A stretch of DNA of 64,000 nt from an uncultured Myxococcales bacterium (lineage in GTDB: Bacteria > Myxococcota_A > Polyangia > Fen-1088), in NCBI GenBank assembly GCA_964540815.1, contig CAZIOH010000031.1, positions 211-64,210 of the forward strand, given 5' to 3'. Below the pieces are notes generated by a model. The model was not told the origin of the DNA. It did not search any database and saw nothing but the letters and a program-made list of their open reading frames with translations. Shown piece by piece: positions 48,547 to 61,154 of the stretch; the stretch's first letter is position 1, and each line of letters starts with the position of its first letter. A program made the translations under genes and the position numbers.

Positions 48547-48658
48547 GTGTCTCCTTTATACCTGCGGCCAACCTTGCGCATTCCTGATTGCCCCCACCTT
48601 GCGCCAAGATTACAAGGCTGAAGGGATCGACTCCGGCCGGGTCCGAGGGGTGTCCTCG

Positions 48659-48919
48659 TCAACGGGCCCAGAGCGCCCACGCCAGCCAGAACATCTCGAT
48701 GGCGAGGATGGCCCAGACGAAGTCTCCGCCGCGGCCCCAGGCGTGGTGATCGAAGGGGGCCCCGGGCCCGGCCCCGGGCCCGCCCGCCCGCAACGCTCGG
48801 CGGCGCTGGATGTAGCGCGGGTACGGCGCCCCCCAGCCGCGGTAGCCCCAGCCGTAGCCAACCGGAGAGATCAGGAACAGCATCAGCACAATCCACCACA
48901 GGATCCACCATGTGTGCAT
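48659..48919 (-). CDS. small Trp/Gly-Pro-rich membrane protein (86 aa) upstream of ctp
   Basis: Translation MMHTWWILWWIVLMLFLISPVGYGWGYRGWGAPYPRYIQRRRALRAGGPGAGPGAPFDHHAWGRGGDFVWAILAIEMFWLAWALWAR. GC3 is very high in this frame. It is on the same strand as ctp. Confidence 0.45.
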   Translation of the reverse strand: MHTWWILWWIVLMLFLISPVGYGWGYRGWGAPYPRYIQRRRALRAGGPGAGPGAPFDHHAWGRGGDFVWAILAIEMFWLAWALWAR

Positions 48920-49787
48920 CATCTCATCTCTCACTTTCGGGTCATTCGTGGCCCAGCACCTGAGATAACCACGGGTCCGCGTCCTGTTACCCCTGAGCCC
49001 TGAAACCCGCAGACCCACGGCCGCCTCCGTGGGTCTGCGCCGAAGCGTCCGCTCCTGAAGATGGTCGTGCCGGGGCGAAGGTGGGCCGCGGCCGGTGCCC
49101 CTCGGGCAGCCCTCTGATACGCCGCTTGCAGCGGATCCTCACCTACATTTTGAACTCCGTGACCAAGAAGATCGCGCAGGTCTTTCCTGGCCGTGGGGCT
49201 GGTGATCACCGGGCAGGCGGTCTTGACCCCGATGCTGATGGTCATCGTCATGATCACCGGCGATTTCCTGGGCATGGCCTCGACGACCGACAACGTCGAG
49301 CCATCTCCGAGGCCCAGCGTCCGGCGCGTGGGCGCTGTCACGGCGTCCGGCGTCCTCATGGGGCGGTCCGAGCTGGTGTTCTGCGTGGCTGTGGTGGTGA
49401 TCGGCAAGGTCCAGCTAGCTTAGCTAGGCCTCGGAATCGAGCCCCTGAGAACGCCGGCCTTCGTCGCGATCGTCTGCGGAAACCAGGCGACGGCCTACAC
49501 CAATCGCTAACGGCAGCTCCTATGGTCGACGGCCCCGAGCCGCTGGCGCTTGCTGTCGACCGTGGTCGACCTGCTGATCGTCACGACGATGGCGAATTGG
49601 GGGCTCGCCATGCGCCTCTCTCCTGGCTCGTAATCGGTGTCACGCTCGGGAGGCCGTGGCCTTCGCGTTCCTGGTGGACCTGGTCAAGATCCCGCTGTTC
49701 AGGCGGCTCGAAGATCGGCTACCGGTGCTTAGATGCGACGATCGGGTGTAGGGTGTCCGGAGTCGCTCCGACAGTGTCGTTCCCCTC

Positions 49788-52700
49788 ATGATCCCGACCA
49801 AGCCAGGCGATTTGCAGCGCGTCGACGCCGGAGCCGCCGAGAATGGCGTGGCGTTTCCCATCGTGGGGGTCGGTGCCTCGGCTGGAGGACTGGCCGCAAC
49901 CACCGACCTGCTCAGACACCTCGGGCCGAGACCTGGCCTCGCCGTCGTGGTCGTCCACCACCTCGATCCGTCCTACGAGAGCAGTCTGGTCGACATCTTC
50001 TCGAGGGTCACCCCCCTGCCGGTCGCAGCCGCGACCGACCACACGCCAGTCGAGTCCAATCACGTCTACGTCGTGCCGCCCAACGCCGGGCTGGGGATCG
50101 CCGGAGGGCGGCTCGACCTGACTCCGCGGCGCGAGACGGGTGGTCTCCACCTGCCCATCGATCGTTTCCTGGAATCGCTCGCGCGCGACCGAACCGATCG
50201 GGCGATCGGCGTGGTACTCACCGGCACCGGCGCGGACGGCGCCATCGGCATCCGAGCGATCAAGGCCGAGGGGGGGATCACCTTCGCCCAGGACGCGAGC
50301 GCCGAATATCGGAGCATGCCCGAGAGCGCGATCGGCACGGGATGCGTGGACTTCATCCTGCCCCCCGACGCCATCGCGCGGGAGTTGACTCGCATCGGCG
50401 CGCGGGCGCAGCTGCGATCGTCACCGGTCGAGGTCGATGGCGATGTCGATGATGAGGGGGATCTCCGGCGCATCCTGTCCGCGCTCGCCCGGTCGAGCGG
50501 CATCGACTTCGCGAACTACAAGCACACCACGCTCCGTCGGCGCATCCAGCGGCGGGTCGTGGTGAACGGACTCGACAGCCTGGGGGAGTACGCCGCGCTG
50601 ATCGAGGAAGACCCGGACGAGACCCGCGCCCTGTGCGAGGAAGTCCTGATCCACGTGACCAGCTTCTTCCGCGATCCGGAGACGTTCGCTGCGCTGAAGG
50701 CGGCTGTCTATCCCAGGTTGCTGGAGAGCCGCCCTCGGGGCGCCGCCATCCGGGTGTGGGTCCCGGGGTGCTCCACCGGCGAGGAGGTCTATTCGATCGC
50801 CATCAGTCTGCTGGAGTTCCTCGGCGATGCCCAGGCAGGGGACAGCCCGATCAAGGTGTTCGGCACCGACGTCAGCCTCATGACCATCGACAAGGCCCGC
50901 ACAGGGAGCTATCCGGAGAGCATCGAGAGCGACGTCTCGCCAGTCCGCCTTCAGCGGTTCTTCACCAAGCTGGAGGGTGGGTACCAGATCCGCAGGGACG
51001 TGCGTGATCTCTGCGTCTTCGCCAGGCAGGATGCCACCCGCGACCCGCCGTTCGCCGGGATGGATCTCATCAGCTGCCGCAACCTGATGATCTATCTCGG
51101 CTCGCCGCTGCAGGAGCGCCTGCTGCTCATGCTCCACTACGCGCTGAAGGAGCCCGGCTTTCTCTTGCTCGGAAGCTCCGAGACGGTTCGCTCCTCTCCC
51201 GGGTTCTCGGTGGTCGACCCCAAGCGCAGAATATATCTCCGCACCTCCGCGGCGCCCCGGCTGCTCTTCGACTTCACCGATCGGGCGATCGGCGATGCCG
51301 GCCTCCCCGAGGCCCCGCCCCGGGCGGGGTCGTCCGGCTCGATCGAGGTCAACCGCGAGGCCGATCGAATCATTCTCGGGGAGTACGCTCCGCCAGGGAT
51401 CGTCGTCACGAACGATCTGGCGGTCGTGCAGTTTCGAGGCCGAACCGGACCCTTTCTGGAGCCGGCTCCCGGCGTGGCCAGCCTGGACCTGCTCCGCATG
51501 GTTCGCGAAGAGCTTCGTCTGCCCCTGCGCCAGCTGATCGACGAGGCGAGGGCCAAGCAAGCTCCGGCCCGCAGGACCGACCTGACGATGGCCTCGGAGC
51601 CGGCGCCTCGGCGCATCGAGCTCGAGGTGATCCCCTTCCGGGTTGGGTCCTCCACCCAACGCTTCTTCATCGTGCTCTTCTGTGAGGTGCCCTCGGCGAG
51701 TGCCCGGCTGGCGACGGATCCCTCCTCGATGGCGGGGCCCGAGCGGAGTCCAGAGGAGCACCAGATGAAGCAGGAGCTCGCCGCCACGCGCGAGTACCTG
51801 ACGTCGGTGATCGAGCAGTCGGAGGCGAGCGACCAGGGACTCAAGGCCGCCAACGAAGAGATCGTTTCGAGCAACGAGGAGCTCCGCAGCACCAACGAAG
51901 AGTTGCAAATGGCCAAGGAGGAACTGCAGGCCACCAACGAGGAGCTGAGCACCGTCAACGACGAGATGGCGGTGCGCAACGCCCAGGCGAACCGGCTCAA
52001 CGACGATCTGAGCAATGTCCTCAGCAGCGTCGACATCCCCATCGTCCTCCTGGGACGAGATGGACGCATTCGCCGGTTCACGCCGGCGGCGGCCAGGGTC
52101 TTTCATGTGATCGCCTCCGACATCGGCCGTCCGCTCAGCGATATTCGCCAGAGCATCCCCTCCTCCGAATTGACGGCCATGATTGCAGACGTCCTCGAGC
52201 ATCTCGGGGCCGTCACGCGGACGGTCAAGGACGACGAGGGCCGATGGCACGATCTCACCGTGCGCCCTTACGTCACGCTCGACAACCGGGTCGACGGGAC
52301 CGTCGTCACCGCCTTCAATGTCGATGCGTCGAAGAAGGCCGAAGAGCTCCTCTCGGCGGCCTACCGGTATTCGGAGAGCGTCCTCGACACAGTTCACTCC
52401 GGGCTCCTGGTCCTCGATGGCGACCTGCGCGTCCGTTCGGCCAATCGGACGTTCCGCCGACTCTTTGCCCTGACCGACCGAGAGATCGGCGGACGTCACC
52501 TCGACGAGATTGCTCGAGGAGAGTGGAACAGTCCGGCCTTGAAGAGGCGCCTCCAGGACCTTGGAGAGGAGGACAGGATCGAGGGGTATCGGGTGGAGCT
52601 GGAGTCCAGCGAGGAGCGGCGGGTGTTCGCCTTGAATGGCCGCCGGATCGAGCAGACGCCCCAGATCTTGCTGGCCCTCGAAGAGGTGACCGACCAGGAT

Positions 52701-53816
52701 CGCGCCGAGCGTGCCTTGCAGCGCACCGAGAGTGGATTTCGCGAGATGCTGACCACCATCGCCGAGGCCATCCTGATGACCGACGGGGTGGGACGGATCG
52801 TGTTCGCCAACGAGATGGCCGGAAAGTTGTTCGGATATGCCACGGAGGAGTTGGTCGGGCTGCCGGTGGACGCCCTGGTGCCAGAGCGGATGCGCGGGCG
52901 CCACACCCAGGACCGCTCGGACTTCATGCTGGCCCCCTCGACGCGGCGCATGGGCCGGGGCGTTCCTCCGCTCGGTCGACGCAAGGACGGCGGGGAATTC
53001 CCGCTGGAGGTGGTCCTTGGTTCTATGCAGCAGGAGGGCGGGCCGCTGGTGATGAGTTTCATCTCCGACATCTCGGCCCGCCTGGAAGCAGAGAGGAAGC
53101 TCCGCGACTATCGGGACAGGTTGCAACGCATGGCCTTCGACGCCGCCCTGGCCGAGGAGCGCGAGCGGCGGCGCATCGCCGCCGATCTGCACGATCGGAT
53201 CGGCCAGTCCCTGGCGCTCGCGCAGATCACCCTCACCTCCGTGCGCGAGACGATCAGCGGTGCCCCGCGCGTCGCCATCGACCAGGCCGTCGACCTGCTC
53301 GCACAGTCGGCCACCGACACCCGCACCCTGATCTTCGACCTGAGTCCCCCCATCCTCCACGATCTCGGCTTCAAAGCGGCGCTCTCCTGGCTGGTGGAGG
53401 ACCTTCAGAAGCGTCACCGGCTCGAGGTCATGGTCAGCGACGACGGAGCCGACGACGCCCTGGATGACGCCAGCGCCACCCTGCTCTTTCGCGCTGTCCG
53501 CGAGCTCCTCTTGAATGTCTTCAAGCACGCCCAGACGGCCCGTGCGACGGTGTCGATGCACCAAAGGAACCACCTGTTCCAGATCGAGGTCGAGGATCGA
53601 GGCATCGGCTTCGACGCGAACGACATCGGGGCTCCGTCTGGCGCCGGCGGCTTCGGGCTGTTCAGCGTGCGGGAGCAGATCGGTCGTCTGGGTGGTAACA
53701 TGGACGTGACCTCGGCCCCGCGAGAAGGTTCGCGCATTCGCATCACGGTCCCCACCAAGAGCCAGAGCGCCGGAGACGCCCCGTCGAGCGCCCACCGGCC
53801 AAAGGAGACGCAGTGA
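49788..53816 (+). CDS. multidomain CheB methylesterase, CheR methyltransferase, coiled-coil, PAS domains and HisKA_3/HATPase_c histidine kinase fusion protein (1342 aa)
   Basis: The CheB-type domain (PIVGVGASAGGLAA...GVVLTGTGADGAIGIRAIKAEGGITFAQD) is followed by a CheR-type SAM methyltransferase (VWVPGCSTGEEVYSIAISL...LISCRNLMIYL) and a long coiled coil (EELRSTNEELQMAKEELQATNEEL). PAS domains follow. The NarL-type kinase core is AADLHDRIGQSLA...GGFGLFSVREQIGRLGGNMDV. Confidence 0.85.
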   Translation: MIPTKPGDLQRVDAGAAENGVAFPIVGVGASAGGLAATTDLLRHLGPRPGLAVVVVHHLDPSYESSLVDIFSRVTPLPVAAATDHTPVESNHVYVVPPNAGLGIAGGRLDLTPRRETGGLHLPIDRFLESLARDRTDRAIGVVLTGTGADGAIGIRAIKAEGGITFAQDASAEYRSMPESAIGTGCVDFILPPDAIARELTRIGARAQLRSSPVEVDGDVDDEGDLRRILSALARSSGIDFANYKHTTLRRRIQRRVVVNGLDSLGEYAALIEEDPDETRALCEEVLIHVTSFFRDPETFAALKAAVYPRLLESRPRGAAIRVWVPGCSTGEEVYSIAISLLEFLGDAQAGDSPIKVFGTDVSLMTIDKARTGSYPESIESDVSPVRLQRFFTKLEGGYQIRRDVRDLCVFARQDATRDPPFAGMDLISCRNLMIYLGSPLQERLLLMLHYALKEPGFLLLGSSETVRSSPGFSVVDPKRRIYLRTSAAPRLLFDFTDRAIGDAGLPEAPPRAGSSGSIEVNREADRIILGEYAPPGIVVTNDLAVVQFRGRTGPFLEPAPGVASLDLLRMVREELRLPLRQLIDEARAKQAPARRTDLTMASEPAPRRIELEVIPFRVGSSTQRFFIVLFCEVPSASARLATDPSSMAGPERSPEEHQMKQELAATREYLTSVIEQSEASDQGLKAANEEIVSSNEELRSTNEELQMAKEELQATNEELSTVNDEMAVRNAQANRLNDDLSNVLSSVDIPIVLLGRDGRIRRFTPAAARVFHVIASDIGRPLSDIRQSIPSSELTAMIADVLEHLGAVTRTVKDDEGRWHDLTVRPYVTLDNRVDGTVVTAFNVDASKKAEELLSAAYRYSESVLDTVHSGLLVLDGDLRVRSANRTFRRLFALTDREIGGRHLDEIARGEWNSPALKRRLQDLGEEDRIEGYRVELESSEERRVFALNGRRIEQTPQILLALEEVTDQDRAERALQRTESGFREMLTTIAEAILMTDGVGRIVFANEMAGKLFGYATEELVGLPVDALVPERMRGRHTQDRSDFMLAPSTRRMGRGVPPLGRRKDGGEFPLEVVLGSMQQEGGPLVMSFISDISARLEAERKLRDYRDRLQRMAFDAALAEERERRRIAADLHDRIGQSLALAQITLTSVRETISGAPRVAIDQAVDLLAQSATDTRTLIFDLSPPILHDLGFKAALSWLVEDLQKRHRLEVMVSDDGADDALDDASATLLFRAVRELLLNVFKHAQTARATVSMHQRNHLFQIEVEDRGIGFDANDIGAPSGAGGFGLFSVREQIGRLGGNMDVTSAPREGSRIRITVPTKSQSAGDAPSSAHRPKETQ

Positions 53817-54454
53817 GAATCCTGCTTTGTGACGACCACAAGATGATGCGTGACGGCTTGCGGGCCATCCTGGAGAAGGAGGGGCTGGAAGTGGTCGGTG
53901 AGGCGTCCAATGGCCATGAGGTCATCGAACTGGCGCGGCGTCTGCACCCGGAGATCGTCGTGATGGACATCTCCATGCCGGACCTGAACGGGATCGACGC
54001 CACCCGCAGCCTGGTGGCGGAGCTTCGCGGCATCAAGGTCATCGGGTTGTCGATGAACGCCGACCAGCGCTACGTGATCGCGATGTTCAAGGCAGGTGCG
54101 GTGGGCTACCTGGTGAAGAACGCGGCGTCGGACGAGCTCATACGGGCGGTCCGTGCCGTGGCTGCCGATCTCACCTACGTGAGCCCCTCGATCGCGGCGG
54201 TCGTGGTCGACAACGTCGTGGGTCCCGCGCCCGTGGTGACGACGCCGCCCAAGAAGGCGTTGAGCCCCAGAGAGCGCGCAGTCCTTCAACTTTTAGCCGA
54301 GGGGAGCTCGTCGAAGGAGATCGCGATCCGGTTGAGCGTGTCGGTCGCGACCGTCGAGAGCCACCGGCGCCAGATCGTGGACAAGCTGGACATCCATTCC
54401 ATCGCCCAGTTGACGAAGTATGCGATCCGGGAAGGATTGACCTCGGCCGACTGA
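53813..54454 (+). CDS. NarL/LuxR-family response regulator (REC and LuxR-type HTH)
   Basis: MRILLCDDHKMMRDGL...VVMDISMPDLNGIDA is a REC domain. The C-terminal LSPRERAVLQLLAEGSSSKEIAIRLSVSVATVESHR is a LuxR-type HTH. It overlaps the kinase stop by 4 bp. Confidence 0.9.
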   Translation: MRILLCDDHKMMRDGLRAILEKEGLEVVGEASNGHEVIELARRLHPEIVVMDISMPDLNGIDATRSLVAELRGIKVIGLSMNADQRYVIAMFKAGAVGYLVKNAASDELIRAVRAVAADLTYVSPSIAAVVVDNVVGPAPVVTTPPKKALSPRERAVLQLLAEGSSSKEIAIRLSVSVATVESHRRQIVDKLDIHSIAQLTKYAIREGLTSAD

Positions 54455-54754
54455 CCACCCGCCCGCCTCCGGACCCCGGGCACGGTGATGACCCTGGGGG
54501 GCGCCCGGCGGACGGTCCCCGGTTTCGAGCCGGCCGTTCATCACTATTGGGGGTTGGTCCTCTCGGCAGCCTGTCCCAGATTGTCCGTGTAGGGCGGTGG
54601 CGTTCGCGGGCATTCACTCCATCTCACCATGGCCGGCCGTCGGGTGCCTGCCGTGACGACGTCGCGCGAGCTTGACCATGGCCGTGATGGCGCGGTGGTG
54701 GACGCCTCCGCCTGGCGATACGGCGACGTCGAACCAGACAGAGGTGCTGCATTG

Positions 54755-55708
54755 ATGAACAAGAGTAACGCATTTGCAACGGTCGTCTTCCTGGTCATAT
54801 TCGGCGCCGGCATCGCGGTCGCATACCTCACCTATGGCGCGGTGGTCGGAAGACCGAGCGTCGCCATTGGCGCAGGCGCGGCGCTGCTGGCCGCCTTCGT
54901 CGCCGTCTCGATCAAGATCGCCGACCAGTGGGAGAAGGTGGTGGTCCTGCGGCTGGGCCAATTTCGCGCCCTCAAGGGCCCCGGCCTCTTCTTCATCATC
55001 CCCATCGTCGACGCCACACCTTACTGGATCGACACACGGGTGATCACGGCCTCCTTCAAGGCCGAGAAGACCCTGACCAAGGACACCGTGCCAGTGGACG
55101 TGGACGCGGTCCTGTTCTGGAAGGTCGTCGACCCCAAGCGGGCGGCCCTGGACGTGGCCGACTATCGCAGCGCCATAAGCTGGGCTTCCCAGACCGCGCT
55201 GCGCGACGTCATCGGCAAGACCCTGCTGTCGGACATGCTCGAGGGCCGGGACAAGATCAGCAAGGACTTGCAGAAGATCATCGACCAGCGAACGGAGCCA
55301 TGGGGCATCAATGTCATCTCGGTGGAGGTGAAGGACGTCCTCATCCCCCCGGCCCTGGAAGACGCCATGTCGATGCAGGCCCAGGCGGAGCGAGAGCGCC
55401 AGGCACGGGTGATCCTGGGAGACTCGGAGCGGCAGGTGGCCGAGAAGTTCGGCGAGGCAGCCAAGACATACATCAACAACCCGGTTGCCCTGCATCTGAG
55501 GGCCATGAACATGCTCTACGAGGGCCTGAAGACCAACGCCACGATCGTCGTCGTCCCCTCCACGGCGCTGGAATCCATGCAACTCGGCGGGCTTGCGGGG
55601 CTGACGGCCTTGACCATGGGAGTGGGACAGGAGCAGGCGAAGACTCAGCACCAACCGGAGATCATCAGACAGTCGGACAGATTGAACGGTGAGCCCGCAA
55701 ATCCGTGA
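54755..55708 (+). CDS. SPFH/Band 7 (stomatin/HflK-C-like) membrane protein
   Basis: An N-terminal TM segment is followed by the SPFH core (VVLRLGQFRALKGPGLFFIIPIVD...TKDTVPVDVDAVLFWKVVDP) and a coiled-coil ERERQAR region. Start is the ATG at 54755 inside track ORF 54629..55708. Confidence 0.85.
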   Translation: MNKSNAFATVVFLVIFGAGIAVAYLTYGAVVGRPSVAIGAGAALLAAFVAVSIKIADQWEKVVVLRLGQFRALKGPGLFFIIPIVDATPYWIDTRVITASFKAEKTLTKDTVPVDVDAVLFWKVVDPKRAALDVADYRSAISWASQTALRDVIGKTLLSDMLEGRDKISKDLQKIIDQRTEPWGINVISVEVKDVLIPPALEDAMSMQAQAERERQARVILGDSERQVAEKFGEAAKTYINNPVALHLRAMNMLYEGLKTNATIVVVPSTALESMQLGGLAGLTALTMGVGQEQAKTQHQPEIIRQSDRLNGEPANP

Positions 55709-55760
55709 AGGTGGAGCCTCCAGGCCGCTGCGCGGTCGCTCCCATCCTTCAGAGATCCTG

Positions 55761-56408
55761 ATGACCACCGTCACCACGATATTTCTGGACATCGGCGGCG
55801 TCCTGCTCTCGGATGGGTGGGATCGTCACGCTCGGAGGCGCGCCGCGAAGGCCTTCAAGCTGGACACCGCCGAGATGGAGGAGCGGCACCACATGACCTT
55901 CGAGACCTTCGAGGAAGGGAAGCTCACCCTCGACTCCTATCTCGACCTCGTGGTGTTCGGGGAGAGGCGCTCCTTCACGAAGGCACAGTTTCGGCGCTTC
56001 ATGTTTTCACAGTCGACGTCCCACCCCGAGATGATCGCGCTCGTTGCCCGACTGAGGGAACGATACGGGTTGAAGATCATCGTGGTCAGCAACGAGGCGC
56101 GAGAGTTGAATGCCTATCGCATCAGGCGGTTCGAGTTGACCGGGCTGGTGGATGCCTTCATCTCCTCTTGCTTCGTCCATCTCCGCAAGCCCGACGCCGA
56201 GATCTTTCGCGTCGCGCTCGATGTCGCCCAGACTCCTGCCCAGCAGTCGGTCTTCATCGACGACACGCCGATGTTCGTGGAGATCGCGCAGCGGCTAGGG
56301 ATTCGGGGCATTCATCACACGGGCCATCTGTCGACCGCCGCGCAACTGGAAGCGCTCGGGCTGAAGAGCGCCGAGGGCGCGGCGTCTCGACGTTCAACGA
56401 CCCGGTGA
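55761..56408 (+). CDS. HAD-superfamily hydrolase
   Basis: Motif I (FLDIGGVLL), motif II (IIVVSNE) and motif III/IV (RKPDAEIF...VFIDDTP) are present. Start is the ATG at 55761. Confidence 0.8.
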   Translation: MTTVTTIFLDIGGVLLSDGWDRHARRRAAKAFKLDTAEMEERHHMTFETFEEGKLTLDSYLDLVVFGERRSFTKAQFRRFMFSQSTSHPEMIALVARLRERYGLKIIVVSNEARELNAYRIRRFELTGLVDAFISSCFVHLRKPDAEIFRVALDVAQTPAQQSVFIDDTPMFVEIAQRLGIRGIHHTGHLSTAAQLEALGLKSAEGAASRRSTTR

Positions 56409-56490
56409 TCCTGCGTCGGCCCCGCTCCGCTCGTCATCGAAACCCTGTGGCCACCGAGAGTGAGCCCGTGAGCTTCAGCAAGGAGAATCC

Positions 56491-58863
56491 ATGAGAGCCG
56501 AATCGACGAACATCACGCCCGAACTGCTCCGCAAGATGAATGCCTACTGGCGGGCGGCCAACTATCTGTCCGTCGGCCAGATCTATCTGTACGACAATCC
56601 ACTCCTGAGGGAGCCGCTGACCCTGGCGCACGTGAAGCCGCTGGTGGTCGGACACTGGGGCACCACGCCTGGGCAGAACTTCATTTACGTGCACCTCAAC
56701 AGGGCCATCAAGAGGTACGACCTGGACATGATCTACATCGCGGGCCCCGGTCACGGCGGTCCGGCGATCGTGGGGAATGTCTACCTCGAGGGCACCTGGA
56801 CCGACGTGTATCCGAATGTCACCCGAGACGAAGCCGGACTAAAGAGGCTCTTCAAGCAGTTCTCCTTTCCGGGTGGCATCTCCAGTCACGTGGCACCTAC
56901 CACACCAGGCTCGATTCACGAAGGCGGCGAGCTCGGCTACTCACTCAGCCACGCGTTCGGGGCCGCGTTCGACAACCCCGGTCTGGTCGTCGCGTGTGTG
57001 GTCGGCGACGGCGAGGCGGAGACGGGCCCCCTGGCCACCTCCTGGCAGTCCAACAAGCTCCTCGATCCGATCACCGATGGCGCCGTGCTGCCGATCCTGC
57101 ACCTGAACGGCTACAAGATCAGCAATCCGACCGTCCTCGCCCGCATCGAGCACGAGGAGTTGGAGCACTTCTTTCGAGGCTGTGGCTGGACTCCTCACTT
57201 CGTGGAAGGTGATGACCCGGAGAAAATGCACCAGCTCATGGCAACGACCCTCGACAAGGCCGTGGAGGAGATCCAGCAGATCCAGAGCCGAGCACGGGCC
57301 AAGAACGACACCACGCGGCCGCGCTGGCCGATGATTGTCCTCCGGTCTCCCAAGGGCTGGACGGGACCCAAGGTGGTCGATGGGCTGAAGGTCGAGGGTA
57401 CGTTCCGCGCGCATCAGGTTCCGCTGCTAGTCGATCCGGATCACCCGGACCACGTCAAGGAGCTGGAGAGCTGGATGAAGAGCTACAGGGCCGACGAGCT
57501 CTTCGACGGGACCGGTCGCCTTCTGCCCGAGCTGGCCGAGCTGGCGCCAAAGGGGGAGCGCCGAATGGGCGCCAACCCCCACGCGAACGGCGGCCTGTTG
57601 TTGCGCGATCTGCGCATGCCGGACTTCGGGGATCACGCGGTGAAAGTGCCCTCACCGGGCGCCGTCGCCGCTCAGGACACCATGGTGCTGGGAAAGTTTC
57701 TGCGCGACGTGGCGACGTTGAATCAGCAAGATCGCAACTTCCGGGTCTTCGGTCCCGACGAGACCCTCTCGAACCTGCTGGGCGCCGTCTTCGAAACCAC
57801 CAACCGTCAGTGGGACGCCCGAAGAGAGCCCAATGACGAGTTCTTGGCGCCCGCCGGCGGCGTGCTGGACTCCATGCTCAGCGAGCACCAGTGTGAAGGC
57901 TGGCTGGAAGGGTATCTTCTGACGGGGCGGCACGGGCTCTTCAACAGCTACGAGGCGTTCATTCGCATCGTCGACTCGATGTTCAGCCAGCACGCCAAGT
58001 GGTTGAAGGTCACCCTGGAACTGCCTTGGCGACGAAAGATCGCCTCTTTGAACTACCTGCTGGCCTCGCACGTCTGGCAACAAGATCACAATGGCTTTAC
58101 CCACCAGGATCCGGGCTTTCTCGATCACGTCATCAACAAGAAGGCCGACATCGTCCGGGTGTACCTGCCGCCCGACGCCAACTGCCTCCTGTCCGTGGTC
58201 GATCACTGTCTGCGGAGCCGGCACTATGTCAACGTGGTGGTCGCCGGCAAGCACGCGCTGCCACAGTGGCTGACCATGGACGCCGCCATCGTGCACTGCA
58301 CGGAGGGACTCGGCATCTGGCAATGGGCCAGCAATGACCAGGGCACCGAGCCCGACGTGGTGATGGCCTGTTGCGGAGACACCCCCACGCTGGAGATCTT
58401 GGCCGCAGTGACCATCCTGCGCAAGAGCCTGCCCGATTTGAAGATCCGCGTCATCAACGTGGTCGATCTCATGAAGCTGCAGCCACGCTCCGAGCACCCG
58501 CACGGACTGAGCGACCAGGACTACGATTCGCTCTTCACGAAGGACAAGCACATCGTGTTCGGGTTTCACGGATATCCATGGCTGGTCCACCGCCTGACCT
58601 ACCGCCGGACAAACCGCAATCTCCACGTCCGCGGTTACAAGGAGGAGGGCACCATCACCACGGCCTTCGACATCCGCGTTCAGAACGAGCTGGATCGCTT
58701 CCACCTGGTTCAGGACGTGCTCGACCGAGTTCCGACCACCGGCGCCAAGGGCGCATACCTCAAGCAGCAGATGGGAGACAAGCTGATCGAGCACAAGCAC
58801 TACATCGACAAGCACGGCCAGGACATGCCCGAGATTCGCGACTGGAAGTGGAGCCGAGACTAG
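56491..58863 (+). CDS. xfp: phosphoketolase (xylulose-5-phosphate/fructose-6-phosphate phosphoketolase)
   Basis: The N-terminus [31 protein letters not shown]...[18 protein letters not shown] and the TPP-binding GPGHGGPA...[15 protein letters not shown] motifs are characteristic. Length is 790 aa. Confidence 0.9.
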   Translation: MRAESTNITPELLRKMNAYWRAANYLSVGQIYLYDNPLLREPLTLAHVKPLVVGHWGTTPGQNFIYVHLNRAIKRYDLDMIYIAGPGHGGPAIVGNVYLEGTWTDVYPNVTRDEAGLKRLFKQFSFPGGISSHVAPTTPGSIHEGGELGYSLSHAFGAAFDNPGLVVACVVGDGEAETGPLATSWQSNKLLDPITDGAVLPILHLNGYKISNPTVLARIEHEELEHFFRGCGWTPHFVEGDDPEKMHQLMATTLDKAVEEIQQIQSRARAKNDTTRPRWPMIVLRSPKGWTGPKVVDGLKVEGTFRAHQVPLLVDPDHPDHVKELESWMKSYRADELFDGTGRLLPELAELAPKGERRMGANPHANGGLLLRDLRMPDFGDHAVKVPSPGAVAAQDTMVLGKFLRDVATLNQQDRNFRVFGPDETLSNLLGAVFETTNRQWDARREPNDEFLAPAGGVLDSMLSEHQCEGWLEGYLLTGRHGLFNSYEAFIRIVDSMFSQHAKWLKVTLELPWRRKIASLNYLLASHVWQQDHNGFTHQDPGFLDHVINKKADIVRVYLPPDANCLLSVVDHCLRSRHYVNVVVAGKHALPQWLTMDAAIVHCTEGLGIWQWASNDQGTEPDVVMACCGDTPTLEILAAVTILRKSLPDLKIRVINVVDLMKLQPRSEHPHGLSDQDYDSLFTKDKHIVFGFHGYPWLVHRLTYRRTNRNLHVRGYKEEGTITTAFDIRVQNELDRFHLVQDVLDRVPTTGAKGAYLKQQMGDKLIEHKHYIDKHGQDMPEIRDWKWSRD

Positions 58864-58912
58864 TTTCCCGGCACAGAGGGCCTGACCGGTCGGGGCCGGG
58901 GGGATGCCGTCT

Positions 58913-61099
<2,187 letters not shown>

Positions 61100-61154
61100 C
61101 GCTGGCTGAGCGATCGTGGTTCAGCGCGCCGGCTGGGACGCTCCTCCTGACCCT

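Noticed and set aside
49193-49423. 76-aa plus-strand ORF with hydrophobic translation
   Set aside because: Third-codon positions are AT-biased in this frame, the opposite of real genes in this window, so it is probably not translated.
50421-53795. 1124-aa minus-strand ORF
   Set aside because: It is antisense to the CheB-CheR-PAS-kinase gene, with no motifs and a biased Arg/Gly/Asp composition.
58864-58912. Possible bidirectional terminator between convergent xfp and glgX (GC-rich CCGG/GGCC runs)
   Set aside because: I could only find imperfect 5-bp stems by eye and no U-tract. Support is too weak to call.
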